A stretch of DNA of 54,454 nt from a virus (IMGVR_UViG_3300029319_000066:1-54454), one strand, 5' to 3'. Shown: positions 17,962 through 25,861, counted from the first letter of the stretch. The notes: a model not told the origin generated them from the letters alone. Translations and numbers: made by a program.

Positions 17962-18108
17962 TTATTTTTTCTTTTTATAAGCCATACCCCCGTGACCCAT
18001 CATTGGCTTTTTCTTCTTCATAGCCATTCCACCGCCATACATATTTACTTTGGCAGTCTTCCCTGCGGGTGGACAGGAAGCCCCTGCTTTTGCTTTAATA
18101 GCTTTCAT
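17962..18108 (-). CDS. 48-aa basic peptide with MxxGGM repeats (MKAIKAKAGASCPPAGKTAKVNMYGGGMAMKKKKPMMGHGGMAYKKKK)
   Basis: Translated by hand; GAGGA upstream; fills the gap on the late strand; not in the ORF track. Confidence 0.75.
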   Translation of the reverse strand: MKAIKAKAGASCPPAGKTAKVNMYGGGMAMKKKKPMMGHGGMAYKKKK

Positions 18109-18355
18109 TATCAAATTCCTCTTCTAATAAATCTGGGATAAAACGCTTTGGATCATAAGGAACTGTCACAGAGTTATCTTCTGTAGCAAAATACCTACCG
18201 TATCCATCGAACTCTTTTGCTAGGGGGTTGTCTTCCAACTCTTTCTTGGAGATTAAACCCTCTTCTAGTAATAATTGGCGTATCTTATCAAATTTCAGAA
18301 CTTGACCAGTACGCTCTCTAATCGCTGCACGAATATAGTACAGATTAAATGACAT
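18095..18355 (-). CDS. Hypothetical protein, first gene after the late promoter
   Basis: 86 aa; strong SD AAGGAG. Confidence 0.7.
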   Translation of the reverse strand: MSFNLYYIRAAIRERTGQVLKFDKIRQLLLEEGLISKKELEDNPLAKEFDGYGRYFATEDNSVTVPYDPKRFIPDLLEEEFDNESY

Positions 18356-18371
18356 TTTTAGTTACTCCTTC

Positions 18372-18401
18372 ATTGTAACACTTTTTTATGTGGAACGTCA
18401 A
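18372..18401 (-). promoter_or_regulatory. sigma70-like late promoter
   Basis: TTGACG-18 bp-TACAAT; shares GTGTTACAATGAA with the MCP promoter. Confidence 0.65.
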
Positions 18402-18434
18402 GCAATTAATTACGTAAATAGTTATGGAAATAAA

Positions 18435-18463
18435 TTGACGATTTGCTATTTAGGTGCTATAAT
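18435..18463 (+). promoter_or_regulatory. Near-consensus divergent promoter with no downstream sense ORF
   Basis: TTGACG-17 bp-TATAAT with TG at the extended -10 position. Confidence 0.6.
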
Positions 18464-18532
18464 GAATTGTTCCCAAGGGGAACACTATATAGATACCTAC
18501 TCTAGTATATTACTTTTAGTCGTAGGCCCGAC

Positions 18533-18946
18533 CTAACTTCCCAAATAATTTATTGCTCTTTGTAGTCTGTCCTTATTATCTTTAAGCAGACCCAATGCTC
18601 TATTGCAGTTATGGCAAAGCCAACCTCTAAAGACATTATTCGTGTGGCAATGGTCCAATACCCACGGCCCAGCTTTTAAACCACCGTACCCAGCTACTTC
18701 TTTTGCAGACTGTTGGCATATAGGACAGATATGATCGTCTGGTGGCACTCCAACTTTAGAATGCAATCTCTTACGGACCCTTTGATCAGAAGCCATACAC
18801 TTTTTACAAGACGTTCTTAGATACTGGTTATTGGCTATACTGTATTCCGACAGTGGTTTATTAATACCGCACTTAATACAAACCTTAGAGTCAACGTCTT
18901 CAGGAGCTTCTTCTGTCCAACCAAATAGGTTAGGCTGGGTCTGCAT
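18533..18946 (-). CDS. Endonuclease VII-like (HNH-fold) protein
   Basis: CIKC...CKKC zinc ribbon, then CPIC...LDHCH...RGWLCHNCNRALG; probable start MQTQPNLF at 18946. Confidence 0.85.
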   Translation of the reverse strand: MQTQPNLFGWTEEAPEDVDSKVCIKCGINKPLSEYSIANNQYLRTSCKKCMASDQRVRKRLHSKVGVPPDDHICPICQQSAKEVAGYGGLKAGPWVLDHCHTNNVFRGWLCHNCNRALGLLKDNKDRLQRAINYLGS

Positions 18947-19286
18947 AGTCAGTATCAAAAAGATCAGCGACATTACGTTCACTGTCTTCTATCCTCTGAG
19001 CCAAACTCCTTAACTTATCAGCCTCGCTGACCAGTTCATTAGCAATAGTATATAATTCTCTGTAATCTTCATCACTATCATCAAGAATATATTGCGTAAT
19101 CTCAGAAAAAGGCTTGTTAACAATAATTTTATCAAATCCGTCTACTTCTAAGGTAGACTGCACATACAGTATACCCCCACTACTGACAGCATCCATTATT
19201 TGAAGGTCGTGTTCTAACTGAAAAGATAATCCACCTTCAATAATTTTACCGTCTTCTATAAAATTGTCAGACATAATTAATTCCAT
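18930..19286 (-). CDS. Acidic hypothetical protein
   Basis: 118-aa ORF (alternative start 19274) downstream of a good promoter. Confidence 0.65.
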   Translation of the reverse strand: MELIMSDNFIEDGKIIEGGLSFQLEHDLQIMDAVSSGGILYVQSTLEVDGFDKIIVNKPFSEITQYILDDSDEDYRELYTIANELVSEADKLRSLAQRIEDSERNVADLFDTDYADPA

Positions 19287-19316
19287 AAATAAAATAATAA
19301 TAAAACTATATACGTA

Positions 19317-19345
19317 AGTATATACTATTTATGTAGCTAATGCAA
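19317..19345 (-). promoter_or_regulatory. sigma70-like promoter at the start of the late arm
   Basis: TTGCAT-17 bp-TATACT, overlapped by two degenerate TTACGTAA operators. Confidence 0.55.
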
Positions 19346-20076
19346 TACCTAATACTTTACAGAGTGTTTTTCAAATAATTTACTACAACATATAGTAACT
19401 TTACGAATTAATTCTTTAGAAAAATGCTAAAGGCCGTTTACAATAGCAAAATTCCAATCTCTGGTCAGGGTTGTATATGGATCTAGTATAGGGGGGGGTG
19501 GCAGATGCCCCCTGTAAAAAATTTTTAAAAAAATAAAAAAATTAGTTACGTAATTAGTTGTTTTTCTTGGGTTTTTCTGGGTTCTAAGACTGAATAGTTA
19601 ACAGGTCCATTTTAAAAAGTTCTTAAAAAATAAAGACATAAAATATTTCTATAAAAAATATTATTGCAGTATCTGCTATTTTTATTTGCGTAAATAATGG
19701 TCCATAATTTTAGAGTCATAAAATTTTAATAATCTATTTACGTGAATAGTTTTAGTAATTTGACGATCACCAAATGAAAGAGTGAAGTGTCACTTTGTGC
19801 ATGATTTCCAGAAATCCCCTCAGAGCCATTTTAAAGCTCATACAATGGCAGTATTAATTCTCAGGTAGTCTAATACAAAAAAACTTGTTTCGTCATTTTA
19901 CGCTTTTTAGACCTGTTCTGAGTTAGTTATGTAAATAGTTAAATGCTCTGTACGCCATTTTAAAGCCCACTGAGTAGGTGTTTTAAATTTAGCTATATTA
20001 ATACCTAAAGTGAATTTGGCCTGTCAGTGAGCTTCCTAGAGCTTCTCAGAGTATCTCTAATTTTAGTATTAGGCAT

Positions 20077-20106
20077 AAAAAAACGCCATCCAAAGACAGC
20101 GTTTTT
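20077..20106 (-). terminator. Intrinsic terminator of the leftward early cluster
   Basis: ACGCTGTC-TTTG-GATGGCGT followed by a T-run on the minus strand. Confidence 0.75.
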
Positions 20107-20131
20107 AAGTTTTTATTTATTAGATACGTAT

Positions 20132-20326
20132 CTAAGAAGTGTCCTCAACCATATAATCATATTCACGTAAACGCCTTAATAATTCTATGTAAAGCTTGTT
20201 TCTACGATCACGGTATTTTTCTGCACTTTCTGGGTCCACACGTATCAGCCTGTTAAAAGTGCCATAGTCAGTTAATACTTCCCAACTAGGGGCCGTTGCT
20301 ATTTCATTATCTTTGTACGGGTTCAT
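20132..20326 (-). CDS. Hypothetical early protein
   Basis: Probable start MNPYKDNE (ATGA overlap with upstream micro-ORF). Confidence 0.55.
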   Translation of the reverse strand: MNPYKDNEIATAPSWEVLTDYGTFNRLIRVDPESAEKYRDRRNKLYIELLRRLREYDYMVEDTS

Positions 20327-20409
20327 AGCGAAAAACCTATAATAAAAAGTACGTAGATAAGAGCAAACAAGCAAATAGCCCCAAGTATATCTTCTAGCCA
20401 GTGTCTCAT
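20323..20409 (-). CDS. 28-aa single-TM micro-protein (MRHWLEDILGAICLFALIYVLFIIGFSL)
   Basis: ATGA overlaps at both ends; not in the ORF track. Confidence 0.6.
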   Translation of the reverse strand: MRHWLEDILGAICLFALIYVLFIIGFSL

Positions 20410-20657
20410 TGTTCTAGACCATAAAGCATATTGTGAACAAAGACGGGCTTTGATTTATCAAGCTTAAAATCACGGTCATAATACCCGTGAATTTTACGGC
20501 CCTTCATTACTACAATTTCAGAAATATCATCATATTTCACAATCGTGGACCACTTCAAACTATCTGCGTATCTAGCCTTTAAAGCTTTGATAGTTTTTAG
20601 TCTGGGCGATAATCCAACGCCTTTAGAGTTCTTATAATAAATTTCATAGCTATACAT
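20406..20657 (-). CDS. Hypothetical early protein
   Basis: 83 aa; leader AGAAAGGACCAATAAATG. Confidence 0.7.
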   Translation of the reverse strand: MYSYEIYYKNSKGVGLSPRLKTIKALKARYADSLKWSTIVKYDDISEIVVMKGRKIHGYYDRDFKLDKSKPVFVHNMLYGLEQ

Positions 20658-20813
20658 TTATTGGTCCTTTCTATTTAAAATTTTATTTAAACGCTCAATT
20701 TCTCTAGTTAACTTTGCTTGTTTACGTAGAAGGCAAACTAAACGCTTTTTTGCCGTTACAAATTGGGGCTGTTTTTCAAGCCCCTTGTAATAATTTGCTG
20801 ACAAGCTAGCCAT
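20658..20813 (-). CDS. Hypothetical early protein (basic, coiled coil)
   Basis: Start MASLSANYY coupled (TAATG) to the upstream stop. Confidence 0.55.
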   Translation of the reverse strand: MASLSANYYKGLEKQPQFVTAKKRLVCLLRKQAKLTREIERLNKILNRKDQ

Positions 20814-21676
20814 TAGGCTACTTCCAAAAATCTTTGGTCGCTCATCCACTTGTTTACTTCAAGTTCACGATTAAGCATTGTCAAAGCTTTGGTCTCAGAC
20901 TGGTTAGCTGTATTTCTAAGCTCGAAGCCGTTTCTACTATCTGCGTAACTAGCGTAATTCGTAAACGCTGACATTAAAGAATATTTATTGTGGCCCCTTA
21001 CTGAAGCTTCGGACATATACAATTCATACATCTTTTTTTGCTTCTGTTCTGATGGAATAATATCCTCAAGTAATTGCTGTACTGTCTTTTCTTTAAGATC
21101 AGTTTGAGCAAATACTTTTAGTCTTTCACTCTCAGCGTAAAAATCATTCTTTGCCCTACGTAGTTCGTTTATAAAAGCTTCTAGAGAAAATCCTGAGCTA
21201 TTCTTTCTACGTATCTTAGAATACTCGCCAGAGATTTGACCGTTAGTACAGAATGTATCAATGGACCCGAAAAGCGTTGTATTAGATCCTTGTTTACCGT
21301 CTACACCGTGCAAAGCTATTATTCTTTGACGTAAGCTAGTCTTATGGCCTGAACTGGTGATAATATCTGCTTCAATACTTGGAAAGCAAACATCCATCAA
21401 AGCAAACCCACCATGACGGGCAGTTTGAAATCTGACCTCTGCGTCTGAAACATCGGCCCCGTCTAGATTCTCAGTAATTTGGCCCCAAACGCCTTCAAAG
21501 AAATCTTTATGCGGAGCGCAATTAAAGCCACTGGATACGTGGCCCATTGCTTCACCATTTAAAGGATTGATAACAAACTTATGGTCTCTCATTTTGGAAG
21601 GTTCAAACTCAGGTACAAAATTAAGTTCGTTAGGTAGTTCGATATTTCTATCTATTGCTGTAAAATCTAAAGCCAT
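20813..21676 (-). CDS. DUF932-family phage/plasmid early protein
   Basis: 287 aa; HGVDG...FCTNGQ...YSLMSAFTNYASY pattern; SD AAAGGAG. Confidence 0.7.
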   Translation of the reverse strand: MALDFTAIDRNIELPNELNFVPEFEPSKMRDHKFVINPLNGEAMGHVSSGFNCAPHKDFFEGVWGQITENLDGADVSDAEVRFQTARHGGFALMDVCFPSIEADIITSSGHKTSLRQRIIALHGVDGKQGSNTTLFGSIDTFCTNGQISGEYSKIRRKNSSGFSLEAFINELRRAKNDFYAESERLKVFAQTDLKEKTVQQLLEDIIPSEQKQKKMYELYMSEASVRGHNKYSLMSAFTNYASYADSRNGFELRNTANQSETKALTMLNRELEVNKWMSDQRFLEVA

Positions 21677-21784
21677 TTTTAGGCTCCTTTCTTTAGTTGA
21701 TTGATTAATTCGTTGGTTACGTAAACAAGCTCAGGAAATCTAACCAAAGTGATAGACTTCCATATAAGAGCAATAGCCATTTGA

Positions 21785-21985
21785 TCACTCTTGATCATTT
21801 TGGGTCTCGATCTTACGAGACTTCAAAACTCGAATAAAATGAGGAAGTGATAAATCTCCGATTTTTACCCAAGCGTTTTTGCTCTTAGAAAAATATTTAG
21901 CATCTAAAAGAGATACCAAGTCTTTCGGCATTCTCCTTTTGTGGGTCACATTTTCCATCTGAGCTAGTTGATTAATTGTTAGCAT
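21785..21985 (-). CDS. Hypothetical early protein
   Basis: Start MLTINQL after AGAAAGGACCAAAAT; YFSKSK...IGDL..PHF motif. Confidence 0.65.
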   Translation of the reverse strand: MLTINQLAQMENVTHKRRMPKDLVSLLDAKYFSKSKNAWVKIGDLSLPHFIRVLKSRKIETQNDQE

Positions 21986-22012
21986 ATTTTGGTCCTTTCT
22001 ATTTACGTTAAC

Positions 22013-22041
22013 AATGTAGACACAAACCAAGTGCCTGTCAG
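22013..22041 (-). promoter_or_regulatory. Leftward early promoter
   Basis: CTGACA-17 bp-TACATT flanked by both operator motifs. Confidence 0.5.
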
Positions 22042-22289
22042 AAGAGTACACTAATTAGGTGGTTTAATCAAACAATTAATTAAACAGAAAAAAATCACAT
22101 ATTTTGTTTACGTAAATAATAAGCAATTAAAAATGTCATTTAGATTATTTTTTAAGCACACTAAAAAAATTCATTAATTAATTGGTTTATTATTTGATTT
22201 TGTACTAGCTATTGCAAAAAATGTATGTCTATAAAGTATGGTACGGTTCGCGTGGGGAAATTTTTCTCAGAACCAGTTTGGATGTTTTA

Positions 22290-22496
22290 ATGCCTAAAAA
22301 TAATCACCAATGCCTAGAAGAAGCATCAAACGCCATTATATGGGCATCAGAATTAGTAGAGCGCGATAATAAAGACTATAGCGTTGTTTACGTACCTAAC
22401 TTTAATACAATGATAGTCATGCCTAGCGAACCCGACCCCACTACATTTGGTTGGAAAGTCTTAACTACGTTAACAACAACGAGAAGCTGTATGTGA
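22290..22496 (+). CDS. Hypothetical protein in a stand-alone cassette
   Basis: Probable start MPKNNHQC within the 94-aa ORF; flanked by 17-bp direct repeats and followed by a terminator. Confidence 0.55.
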   Translation: MPKNNHQCLEEASNAIIWASELVERDNKDYSVVYVPNFNTMIVMPSEPDPTTFGWKVLTTLTTTRSCM

Positions 22497-22527
22497 AATA
22501 TAATCTTCTTCGCGTAGGGAAATTTAT

Positions 22528-22552
22528 GGTTGCTTCGGCAACCTTTTTTTTT
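22528..22552 (+). terminator. Intrinsic terminator
   Basis: GGTTGC-TTCG-GCAACC followed by T9. Confidence 0.9.
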
Positions 22553-22569
22553 GGCCTGTTAACTTTTTC

Positions 22570-22598
22570 TTGACATTTAATTAGCGGGCGTTTAAAAC
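22570..22598 (+). promoter_or_regulatory. Rightward early promoter
   Basis: TTGACA-17 bp-TAAAAC. Confidence 0.6.
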
Positions 22599-22631
22599 CA
22601 AATTATTAAGACAGTAAAGGACCAATTAATT

Positions 22632-23906
22632 ATGGTTATTATTTTTAACAATTTATTTTTAAAAGAAAGAAATTTTATAATGACAACATACAATAAAATA
22701 CTTGAAAGTAAGGTATGGTCTACTCCGATAGACAAGAATATTTACAAGTTATTCGACCTATGGAGAGATCACGATCAAGACGTTTACGTAACTAGGTTTG
22801 AAGTTCCTAACTTACACGACCAGTTAATGAGCTTTGACAACGGTAATCCACTAGAGTTTAACATTGGATTAATAGTTGGCTCATCAGGGTCAGGTAAATC
22901 TTCCATACTTAAACAGTTTGGTGAAGAAGAGAAACCTGTCTGGAAGGAAAACTATTCTATAGCATCCCACTTTAAAGATGAATCAGATGCAATCGACAGA
23001 CTGTCAGCTACAGGCTTGAACTCAGTACCTACGTGGGCAAAGCCTAGAGATGTCGTATCCAATGGTGAGGGCTTCAGAGCCGACTTAGCACGTAAGTTAG
23101 GTGATGGGGCTGTAGTCGATGAGTTTACGTCAGTGGTTAATAGAAACGTAGCCAAGTCATGCTCTACATCCATAGCCAAGTATATACGTAAGAATGATAT
23201 TAAGAATGTTGTACTAGCATCTTGCCATAATGACATTATCGAATGGCTTGAGCCTGATTGGGTATATAACACTGACACAAAACAACTTGTGTCTAGGAGG
23301 TCTCTTCGGCAAGGCCGTGTTCGATGGGTCAGACCCACAGTCGAGCTTTCAATTTATAGATGCTGTAGAGAAAAATGGGAGTTGTTTAAAAACCATCACT
23401 ATTTAACAGCTAAACTACCTACGGCAGTAAGATGCTTTCTTGCTAAGTGGAACGGTGAAACCGTTGGCTTTGCTAGTAGTATGGCATTGCCCGGTCGCAT
23501 ACCGCCTTTATATGAGGGCGATACAAGAATGAAATTTAGGGAGTGTAGAACTGTCTGCCTACCTGACTTTCAAGGCTTAGGCATTGGTACAAGATTATCT
23601 GATGCTGTAGCCGACATCCATATCGAACAGGGTCTTCGATATTTCTCTAAGACTAGTCACATACGTATGGGGGAGTACAGACAGAACTCACCTTTGTGGC
23701 GAAAGACAGTCACTAACCTTAAAGACCGAAGTAAATCTACCCACGGTGACGGTAAAGGTTGGCATCACTGGACCTTGGAGAAAAAGAGGATTTGCTACAG
23801 CCATGAATATATTGGCCCAGTAGTAGGACCATATAATCGCTATCGTAAATCCTATGATCCTAAATATCAAAACCTCTACAAAAGAAAGGACCAAAAGAAT
23901 GGTTAA
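22632..23906 (+). CDS. ABC-type ATPase fused to a GNAT acetyltransferase domain (COG2401-like)
   Basis: Walker A GSSGSGKS, signature VSNGEGFRADLAR, Walker B VVDEF, H-loop ASCH; acetyl-CoA motif RTVCLPDFQGLGIG; alternative start 22680. Confidence 0.85.
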   Translation: MVIIFNNLFLKERNFIMTTYNKILESKVWSTPIDKNIYKLFDLWRDHDQDVYVTRFEVPNLHDQLMSFDNGNPLEFNIGLIVGSSGSGKSSILKQFGEEEKPVWKENYSIASHFKDESDAIDRLSATGLNSVPTWAKPRDVVSNGEGFRADLARKLGDGAVVDEFTSVVNRNVAKSCSTSIAKYIRKNDIKNVVLASCHNDIIEWLEPDWVYNTDTKQLVSRRSLRQGRVRWVRPTVELSIYRCCREKWELFKNHHYLTAKLPTAVRCFLAKWNGETVGFASSMALPGRIPPLYEGDTRMKFRECRTVCLPDFQGLGIGTRLSDAVADIHIEQGLRYFSKTSHIRMGEYRQNSPLWRKTVTNLKDRSKSTHGDGKGWHHWTLEKKRICYSHEYIGPVVGPYNRYRKSYDPKYQNLYKRKDQKNG

Positions 23907-24102
23907 ACTAGATACGTTAACCGATATCTACAATCGTTGGGGCGATAAAGAAAAGCTCCAACCATTGGGAAGTGCAGACGAAGAACTGTTTGCTAACCCA
24001 AACCTAACCTCTTGCCAAAGAAACTGGCTAAAGAGGTTTGTCGAAGTATGGGAATATGCACAAGGTAAGGAATATGCTGAGTGGGCATCTCGTAATGCTT
24101 GA
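23899..24102 (+). CDS. Hypothetical early protein
   Basis: Start MVKLDTL after AGAAAGGACCAAAAGA; SADE...Q..WL..F...WE pattern. Confidence 0.65.
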   Translation: MVKLDTLTDIYNRWGDKEKLQPLGSADEELFANPNLTSCQRNWLKRFVEVWEYAQGKEYAEWASRNA

Positions 24103-24298
24103 TTACGTAGATAAGACCCATCGCAATTTACCACCTTGTGACACCCACAAGTGTAAAAACAAAGCGACCATCAAAGAAAATGATACATACTTTTTCTGCG
24201 CTGAGTGCGCTTTAAAACGAATAAAGGAAAACAAATATGATACAATCACGCACTACAATAGATCAATACGGCCCACGATTACCAGAGGGTCAAACTGA
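24095..24298 (+). CDS. Small zinc-finger-like protein
   Basis: C-x4-C...C-x2-C; probable start MLDYVDK. Confidence 0.5.
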   Translation: MLDYVDKTHRNLPPCDTHKCKNKATIKENDTYFFCAECALKRIKENKYDTITHYNRSIRPTITRGSN

Positions 24299-24482
24299 AG
24301 GTACAATAGGAGATTTAAAAACTGTACCAACGCACTACAAGATTACTCTTACTAACATAGATGAGGAGCAAGTAGATAAGATAGCTAGATTTATAAATGA
24401 TCTTAATATGAAAGAGTTAAGTAATCAAAAGAAACAAGCGTTTTATCAGCGATTTCGTACAAAGGCAAAAGATGATGCCTAA
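24237..24482 (+). CDS. Hypothetical protein upstream of integrase
   Basis: 81 aa; SD AAAGGA. Confidence 0.6.
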   Translation: MIQSRTTIDQYGPRLPEGQTEGTIGDLKTVPTHYKITLTNIDEEQVDKIARFINDLNMKELSNQKKQAFYQRFRTKAKDDA

Positions 24483-25602
24483 AGCTCCCTACGTAAGACC
24501 TCGTATGAGGGGCAGTGTAAGGGTCTATGACATTAGACCTACCACTGAAGTAAAGAGGGCATTCCCTGAGCTAGAGAGAGAGACTTACACATCTAGTTCA
24601 GAAGCCAATGCCAGAGGTTATGAGATCAAACGTAAGTTTGAACTTTGGAAGTGCGGTAATCACGAAGATGTTTACGTAGATGATCGATCAGTTGAAGCAC
24701 TGATTAATGATTACAAGAAATCTATGTCCTACGTAAACATTAAGAAGGAGACTACTAGACGTTCTTACAGTGATCACATAAGGCACGTACTTCCTGTTTA
24801 CATAACTAACACACCGTTTTGCAAAATGAATGTGTCAAACGTAGACTACAACTATGCTCAATCTCTTTGGTTACACATAGAAGATTCGGTCTCAACACAT
24901 AAAGCTAACCATACTTTTCGAGTACTAAAGCTAGTCTGGAATGAGGGTCTTCGCTCAGGGAAAGTAAAATTTAATCCTTTCTCTTTGGTCAAGATGCCAA
25001 AGCTACCAGATAGACAAGTTTTGTGGGAGATAGATCAACTCAAGGGTATGATTAAGTATTGCGATGATGAGGGTTATCCTTCGATGGGTACGATGCTTAC
25101 AATGTGCTATGAGTTCTGCCAACGGCCTGTAGATGTACGGACTATGAAGTGGTCCAACATAGACGGTGTTACTGGCGTAAGTAACTTCATACAGCAAAAG
25201 ACGGGTAAACATATGTCTATCAAGGTAACTAATGCAGTACAGAAGCGTATGTCTCTACATAAGAAGCGTAACATAGATGACTATATCTTTGCTTATGAAA
25301 ATACGGGCAAACCCTATACGCAAGACAGATGCAACAAGTTGTTTCGCAAGCTCGCGGATGGGTATGGACTGCCAAAAGTTCCTCTCCACGGTCAGCGTAA
25401 CCGAGATGGTAGCCAAAAGTATTCTTCTATATGGATGGCTGATCTACGTAGGACAGGAGCAACTCATGCCTCGCGCTCAGGTTGTACTGACAGGGAGTTA
25501 ATGGCTCTTACAGGGCATAAAAACCCCAATATGTTAGTTGTTTACGCAGTTGCTGGTGAGATCGAATCTACCAACGCAAACATGAAAAGAGGTTTGCTTT
25601 GA
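24472..25602 (+). CDS. int: Tyrosine integrase/recombinase
   Basis: CQRPVD (R1), QQKTG (K), DLRRT, LTGH and catalytic Y in VVYA; adjacent tRNA-derived attP. Confidence 0.9.
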   Translation: MMPKAPYVRPRMRGSVRVYDIRPTTEVKRAFPELERETYTSSSEANARGYEIKRKFELWKCGNHEDVYVDDRSVEALINDYKKSMSYVNIKKETTRRSYSDHIRHVLPVYITNTPFCKMNVSNVDYNYAQSLWLHIEDSVSTHKANHTFRVLKLVWNEGLRSGKVKFNPFSLVKMPKLPDRQVLWEIDQLKGMIKYCDDEGYPSMGTMLTMCYEFCQRPVDVRTMKWSNIDGVTGVSNFIQQKTGKHMSIKVTNAVQKRMSLHKKRNIDDYIFAYENTGKPYTQDRCNKLFRKLADGYGLPKVPLHGQRNRDGSQKYSSIWMADLRRTGATHASRSGCTDRELMALTGHKNPNMLVVYAVAGEIESTNANMKRGLL

Positions 25603-25681
25603 TTTTTTGTGATAGAAAGTGGCAGAAATGGCAGACTGCCACAACGTAATCTGCTATGCCATTTTTAATAAAAATATGCGT

Positions 25682-25773
25682 TAAGTTATTGATTTTAAAG
25701 AGTTTGGCTCCGGCGGTAGGGATCGAACCTACGACCAATTGATTAGTCTGACTCTTTTAAAATCAATGACTTA
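25682..25773. promoter_or_regulatory. Two inverted IHF-consensus boxes flanking the attP core
   Basis: AATCAATAACTTA (minus, 25682-25694) and AATCAATGACTTA (plus, 25761-25773) match WATCAANNNNTTR. Confidence 0.7.
25705..25745 (-). other. attP core: 3' half of a tRNA (probably tRNA-Asn GTT)
   Basis: Minus strand TAATCAATTGGTCGTAGGTTCGATCCCTACCGCCGGAGCCA: T-arm GTAGG-TTCGATC-CCTAC, acceptor 3' strand and CCA; no 5' half present. Confidence 0.85.
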
Positions 25774-25833
25774 CGCAACTAATCGCAGAATACCTGTTAA
25801 CACAAATTGTTTTTAAAAGCACTTAAATAATTG

Positions 25834-25861
25834 TTGACTTATGACATTTACTTATTAGACT
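25834..25861 (+). promoter_or_regulatory. Promoter of the replication module
   Basis: TTGACT-16 bp-TAGACT upstream of the primase. Confidence 0.45.

Noticed and set aside
22060-22200. CtrA boxes (TTAA-N7-TTAA) in the AT-rich control region
   Set aside because: The spacings I checked were not 7 nt, and TTAA is expected often at this AT content
25705-25780. Intact tRNA gene
   Set aside because: Similarity stops in the anticodon loop; no D-arm or 5' acceptor strand, so it is better read as attP
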